The position numbers and the translations under genes are program-made. From Candidatus Latescibacterota bacterium (GTDB lineage Bacteria > Latescibacterota > UBA2968 > SICM01), in NCBI GenBank assembly GCA_965217865.1, contig CBDCJO010000002.1, forward strand, positions 5,632,001-5,696,000: a stretch of 64,000 bases of DNA, read 5' to 3'. The notes under the pieces were generated by a model that saw only the letters and a list, made by a program, of their open reading frames with translations, was not told the origin of the DNA and did no database searches. Within the stretch, counting starts at the first letter, position 1. The number at the start of each line of letters is the position of its first letter. This document shows, piece by piece, positions 59,879-64,000 of this stretch.

Positions 59879-62722
59879 GTGGCTGAGAGGAATGTGAAAA
59901 AGATACCGCTAAGGGTTTCAGGTGGAAAAGGACTGAATTACAGATCCTGGCCAGTCACACAGGGCATTCCCTTCGAAGAAGGTGATCTGAAGCGGGGCAC
60001 AGCGGTCCGAGTCGTGGACCACGAAGGGAATCCTTATCCCACGCAATCATCCTGTCTTGCGGCGTGGGATAAGGACCTCAAACACGTCAGATGGCTTCTG
60101 CTGGATTTTCAGGCCGATTTCCGAGACGAAGACGAAGGGGCTTATTTCCTGGAATACGGGGAGGGTATTGAGTCGCCGAAGCATCCATCAAGCATCCGCG
60201 TGGATCAGGTGGGTGACCATCTCCAGGTGGAAACCGGCCCGATGAGGATCCAGATTAGAAATCGATTCGAGGCATGGAAGAAACCCAAGGCAGACCTCTT
60301 CGGTTCCTGTCTCTTGAAAAGCGGAGACGAATGGCACGATCTGTTCGGCCGTAATCCGGGTCCATATTTGTACATGAAGGATCATCGCGGCTTTCTATAT
60401 GATTCCTTCACCTCAGCCCCATTCCACACTGTTTCAATCGAAGAATCAGGACCCATCAGGACATCGATCTGTATCAAGGGATTTCACGCCATGCGGAACG
60501 GCCCCAGGTTCTGCCCCTATATCCTGAGGATTCATCTCTTCGCGGGTAAGACCGACTTGAGGATCCAACACACCTTTGTCTTCGATCAGGAACCCCACCA
60601 GATCGAACTGTCTGCAATCGGGATGCGCTTTCCCCTGGCTTTGGGAGACGATCTTGAAGCATCCGTGGCCGGAAGCCCATCTCCAAACAATGTGAGTGAT
60701 TGGAAGGGGTTACGACTCCTCCAGCGGGACGACAAACACTACGCGGTGGATCTGGACGAAAAGAAACTGGCAGAAGGAGAGAGATCGTCCGGATGGGCGA
60801 GTTTAAATGGGAGCCGGGGATCCGTTGTGGCTGTGGTGAAAGATTTCTGGAAGGAATATCCGAAAGGACTCGGGCTCTATCGGGACGGGATGGACCTGGA
60901 GATTTGGCCGGAAGCCCATCGGGAAAATCTCAGTTTCACAACGCCCTTCGAAGAGCCGGCCATATATTTCAAGGGAACCAGGGATGAAGAAGAGTTCAAA
61001 CGCCTTCTGGCAGAAAAACCCACCGCGCCGCTGAACCTCAAGAGCGTGGATGTCCAGACGGAGGAGGATGTGCTCTGGATCGAAGAGATGATGGAGAAAC
61101 ACGGAAAGGGGCGCACCGCCTCCCATTGCGATACGTGGACGAGCAACGGTGTCGGGGCCGCCAAGACCACTGAGTTTTACATCCGGCTGGATACAGAACA
61201 AACCAATGATTCCGAAGCGGAGGCGTTGGCTTCTATAGTCCAGGAGCCTCTTATCGCCCCTGCGGATCCGGCTTATGCATGCGCCACAGACGCCTTCGGC
61301 CCTTATTATCACGCGGGAGATCCCCGGTTCCGTCAGGTGGACGAGGGGCTCGACTACCTCATCGATTCAGTGGCGATAGAGCCGATAGAACGGTGTCGAC
61401 TGTACGGCATGATGCGCTATGGGAACATGGTCTGCTCCCATTCCACCGGGCCGAATACCTCCTATGTGCTTTTCAAGGACACGGATCCCGAAAAGGCGCT
61501 CCGGTATGTGGGTCCTTACAACAATGAAGCCAACGATCAGATCATGGCCGTTTGGGGAAACTTCCTCCGAACCGGTCGGCGCGATCATCTTTTTCTGGCC
61601 CAGGCCTACAGTCGAAATGTCGCAGACGTGGGGACCATTCATGCGCATCCCAGCCGTCCCGGGTCCGTGGGACTGAACCACTACCACACCGCCCACCAAT
61701 GGGGCGGAACGCCGAGTCCCTCTCATACGCTGGTTGCGGGGACCCTGATCGACTACTGCGTCACCGGGAACAGGCGCATGCTGGAAGTCGCGGAGGAGGT
61801 GGCCGACTGGGCGGTCCGAAACCAGGAGGACTGCGGCATCATCTCGTGTCGGAACGGCAGGCTCCACCGTGAGTTCACCGGTCCGCTATGGTGTCTTTTG
61901 GAAGTCTACAGGGTGACCTGGAAGGAGTCCTACGGGGACCTGGCCCGGCGTTCCTTGAACTGGTTTCTGCGGACACTGAAAAACGGGCGCTACCCCACCA
62001 GCGTCTACACCCGTGGTGTGCGCGGAGACGAAGCGGACATTGAGCCCATTGATCACCTTCATCACCATGCACGAAACATCTCTCATATCCTGAGCTACGC
62101 CCATCGTCTGTTCAACAGCAAGGCCTTGTGCGATCACATCATCGCAGAGGCGAACTATCTCCTCTGGGACAGCTTCACCGACAACTTCGTAACCGCCGAA
62201 ATGGCCCGGAAGATGCTGACTGAGCGATCCCTCCTCTGGAAAGTGGACGAGGAATTCTACTGGACCCAGTGGAAAGCCTCTCATGGAATCGATGACCTTC
62301 CAATTCTTTGCCTTGCTTATCAAATCACAGGAGACATGAAATACGCAGCCATGTGCAAGGACCACCTGGAAGGATACTTCAAAAGGCTGGTCGAACGTTG
62401 CCGGAATTACATGGACTGGAGGTTCACCTGGTTGACATTTGGCTCGTATGTCCCCCGGCTAATGAAAGCTGTCGCTGAAGCCTTGAATAACGATCCCAAG
62501 GCCCTTGCCCGGGCGGAAAAGGAATGGAAGGAGAAGCGAGCCGGGTTGGGGCGCCCTGTATACACAGGACCCGGTGTCGATCTGACCCGGGACAATATGA
62601 ACAGTGCGGCTGTTATCGCCAACCGGCCCCCGGAAGATCTGCCCCGTGAGGCCCCGCCGCGCTCCTATGAGCCGATCACATCTCTCGGTAAGGTCAGCAC
62701 CGAGGACCATGCCGAAAACTAG
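59879..62722 (+). CDS. Large hypothetical protein resembling the PcRGLX/YetA (exo-rhamnogalacturonan lyase-like) family
   Basis: WPVTQGIPF...TQ...W.....VRWLLLDF N-terminal pattern, IEESGPIR, DFWKEYPKG, YGMMRYGN. Confidence 0.6.
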   Translation: MAERNVKKIPLRVSGGKGLNYRSWPVTQGIPFEEGDLKRGTAVRVVDHEGNPYPTQSSCLAAWDKDLKHVRWLLLDFQADFRDEDEGAYFLEYGEGIESPKHPSSIRVDQVGDHLQVETGPMRIQIRNRFEAWKKPKADLFGSCLLKSGDEWHDLFGRNPGPYLYMKDHRGFLYDSFTSAPFHTVSIEESGPIRTSICIKGFHAMRNGPRFCPYILRIHLFAGKTDLRIQHTFVFDQEPHQIELSAIGMRFPLALGDDLEASVAGSPSPNNVSDWKGLRLLQRDDKHYAVDLDEKKLAEGERSSGWASLNGSRGSVVAVVKDFWKEYPKGLGLYRDGMDLEIWPEAHRENLSFTTPFEEPAIYFKGTRDEEEFKRLLAEKPTAPLNLKSVDVQTEEDVLWIEEMMEKHGKGRTASHCDTWTSNGVGAAKTTEFYIRLDTEQTNDSEAEALASIVQEPLIAPADPAYACATDAFGPYYHAGDPRFRQVDEGLDYLIDSVAIEPIERCRLYGMMRYGNMVCSHSTGPNTSYVLFKDTDPEKALRYVGPYNNEANDQIMAVWGNFLRTGRRDHLFLAQAYSRNVADVGTIHAHPSRPGSVGLNHYHTAHQWGGTPSPSHTLVAGTLIDYCVTGNRRMLEVAEEVADWAVRNQEDCGIISCRNGRLHREFTGPLWCLLEVYRVTWKESYGDLARRSLNWFLRTLKNGRYPTSVYTRGVRGDEADIEPIDHLHHHARNISHILSYAHRLFNSKALCDHIIAEANYLLWDSFTDNFVTAEMARKMLTERSLLWKVDEEFYWTQWKASHGIDDLPILCLAYQITGDMKYAAMCKDHLEGYFKRLVERCRNYMDWRFTWLTFGSYVPRLMKAVAEALNNDPKALARAEKEWKEKRAGLGRPVYTGPGVDLTRDNMNSAAVIANRPPEDLPREAPPRSYEPITSLGKVSTEDHAEN

Positions 62723-62967
62723 ACGGTTTTCGCTCAGCCGCAACCATCTCGATCCGGAAGACATTATGATATTTTAGAACGCCGTCGTGCTCCCTCTTGT
62801 TTCAACCTTCAATCGGCGATCATCAATTTTTCCTGGCCTTTGGCCTCCGACCTCTGATGCCTGACTTTTGCAATTTCCATTTCCAATCCCCCATTGACTT
62901 CCCCAACGTCGGCGATTAAATTGTCCTTCGTTCCGCTATTGCGAATCCCGCAACCAGGAGTGCCCAG

Positions 62968-63743
62968 ATGATCACGAAACACAATGTTCATTTCCTGACA
63001 CACGGCTATACAATCATTCCGAACGCCCTTTCACCCGATGAGTTCAAGCGGGGCGCAAGAGGCATTCGACCGAGCTGCCGAGAAGCCGATGACAGAATGG
63101 AAGCAAAAAGTATCGCAAGGTAAGGCCCCGGAGTATTTTAACATCGACAACATCTTTGACGCGGATGACATCTTCGTGGAGCTTGTAAACCACCCCGCAA
63201 CGTTCCCGGTCGTCCGAGGGGCCATCGGAGAAGACGTTCAGCTCGAAGGCGCGTCGGGACGAATTTACCCGCCGGGCCCCACCATACTCTCCCTGGCATC
63301 GGGATACCCACGGCTTTCTGGGAGTGGATTTAGATAATTCACCCAGCTTTCGTGCGAAACTCCACTATTTCCTGGCAGACGTCCCTGAAAATCGGGGTTG
63401 CCTGGGATATGTCCCGGGAAGCCATCGTTTCCCCCCCGCGGACATGCCTCAAGTCGAGCAGCAAGAGGATATGCCCGGACACGTCAGGTTAGCCATGAAG
63501 GCCGGGGACGCCCTTTTGATACACATCCACGGATGGCATACGGTGTTTCCGAACACCAGCGACCAGCCCAGAAAGTCGTTGATCTTCACATATTCCCATT
63601 TCTGGATGAAACAGAGCGAAACTGCTAGGCCCACCCACCTCCAAAAATATCTGGCCGATCCTGTCAAGAGCCAGCTATTCGGAGTGGGCGATCCCGTCAA
63701 GAGCTACAAAGGCCAAAGGCTTTCCGCGATCTCGAAGGCATGA
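62968..63743 (+). CDS. PhyH-family dioxygenase with two frameshifts (near 63052 and 63283)
   Basis: MITKHNVHFLTHGYTIIPNALS / AQEAFD...LVNHP / YSPWHRD...GCLGYVPGSH...AGDALLIHIHGWH...R across three frames; AGGAG RBS. Confidence 0.85.
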
Positions 63744-63774
63744 TGTTGCAACCCCCATATTGGGAGCCGAGAAG

Positions 63775-64000
63775 GTGAAAGACGAAAAGAAGACAAAGGC
63801 ACAGCTCATAGACGAATTGGCGGGATTGCGCCAGAGAATATCCCGATTGGAAGATCGAGAGGGGGATCCGAAGAAGGCCGAGGAGATCTTGCGAGAAGGC
63901 GAGGGGAAAGAGGAAAATTCCCGCGCTCAGGAACAACTGCAAACCATCGTAGAAGCGATCCCGATACCTCTGCTGATCACTCGAGATCGGGACGGCCAAA
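63775..64000 (+). CDS. N-terminus of a probable PAS-domain signalling protein, running off the window edge
   Basis: VKDEKKTKAQLIDELAGLRQRISRLE coiled-coil start, then QLQTIVEAIPIPLLITR. Confidence 0.7.
   Translation, partial: MKDEKKTKAQLIDELAGLRQRISRLEDREGDPKKAEEILREGEGKEENSRAQEQLQTIVEAIPIPLLITRDRDGQ

Noticed and set aside
1-64000. tRNA, rRNA or replication origin
   Set aside because: No cloverleaf, rRNA-like segment or clustered DnaA boxes were seen by eye.

Overview
Bacterial chromosomal window of about 55% GC. It most resembles an FCB-group organism such as Candidatus Latescibacterota, inferred from FlgD/T9SS-type and EF-hand-like C-terminal tails, a DUF6785-type membrane protein and multiple PhyH and enolase-superfamily paralogs. 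Left to right: catabolic and housekeeping genes; a minus-strand cluster (CcmI-like lipoprotein, YvlD holin-like protein, GT3-like glucan synthase, lipoprotein, beta-barrel, galT, phhB); an 11.6-kb fragmented giant surface-protein gene with about four 1113-bp tandem units behind a perfect CRP-type palindrome; a DtxR/MntR-family metal locus (di-heme DHOR lipoprotein, Rieske lipoprotein, porin, DtxR, two-domain multicopper oxidase, ZIP transporter, cupredoxin, then dtxR and feoB remnants); a map/PhnP/radical SAM operon; an orphan Nif11-type RiPP precursor; an acid-sugar catabolic cluster; and a DUF2089/SHOCT/DUF4097 operon hit by an IS1595 derivative and fused to an IS1380 transposase. The most striking signal is a 229-bp ORF-less IS200/IS605 (ISC/IscB-type, omega-RNA-like) element lying exactly between the Shine-Dalgarno sequence and the ATGA start of the first metal-locus gene. 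About ten small frameshifts suggest long-read consensus errors, so pseudogene calls are provisional. All family assignments come from motif recognition by eye, not database searches.
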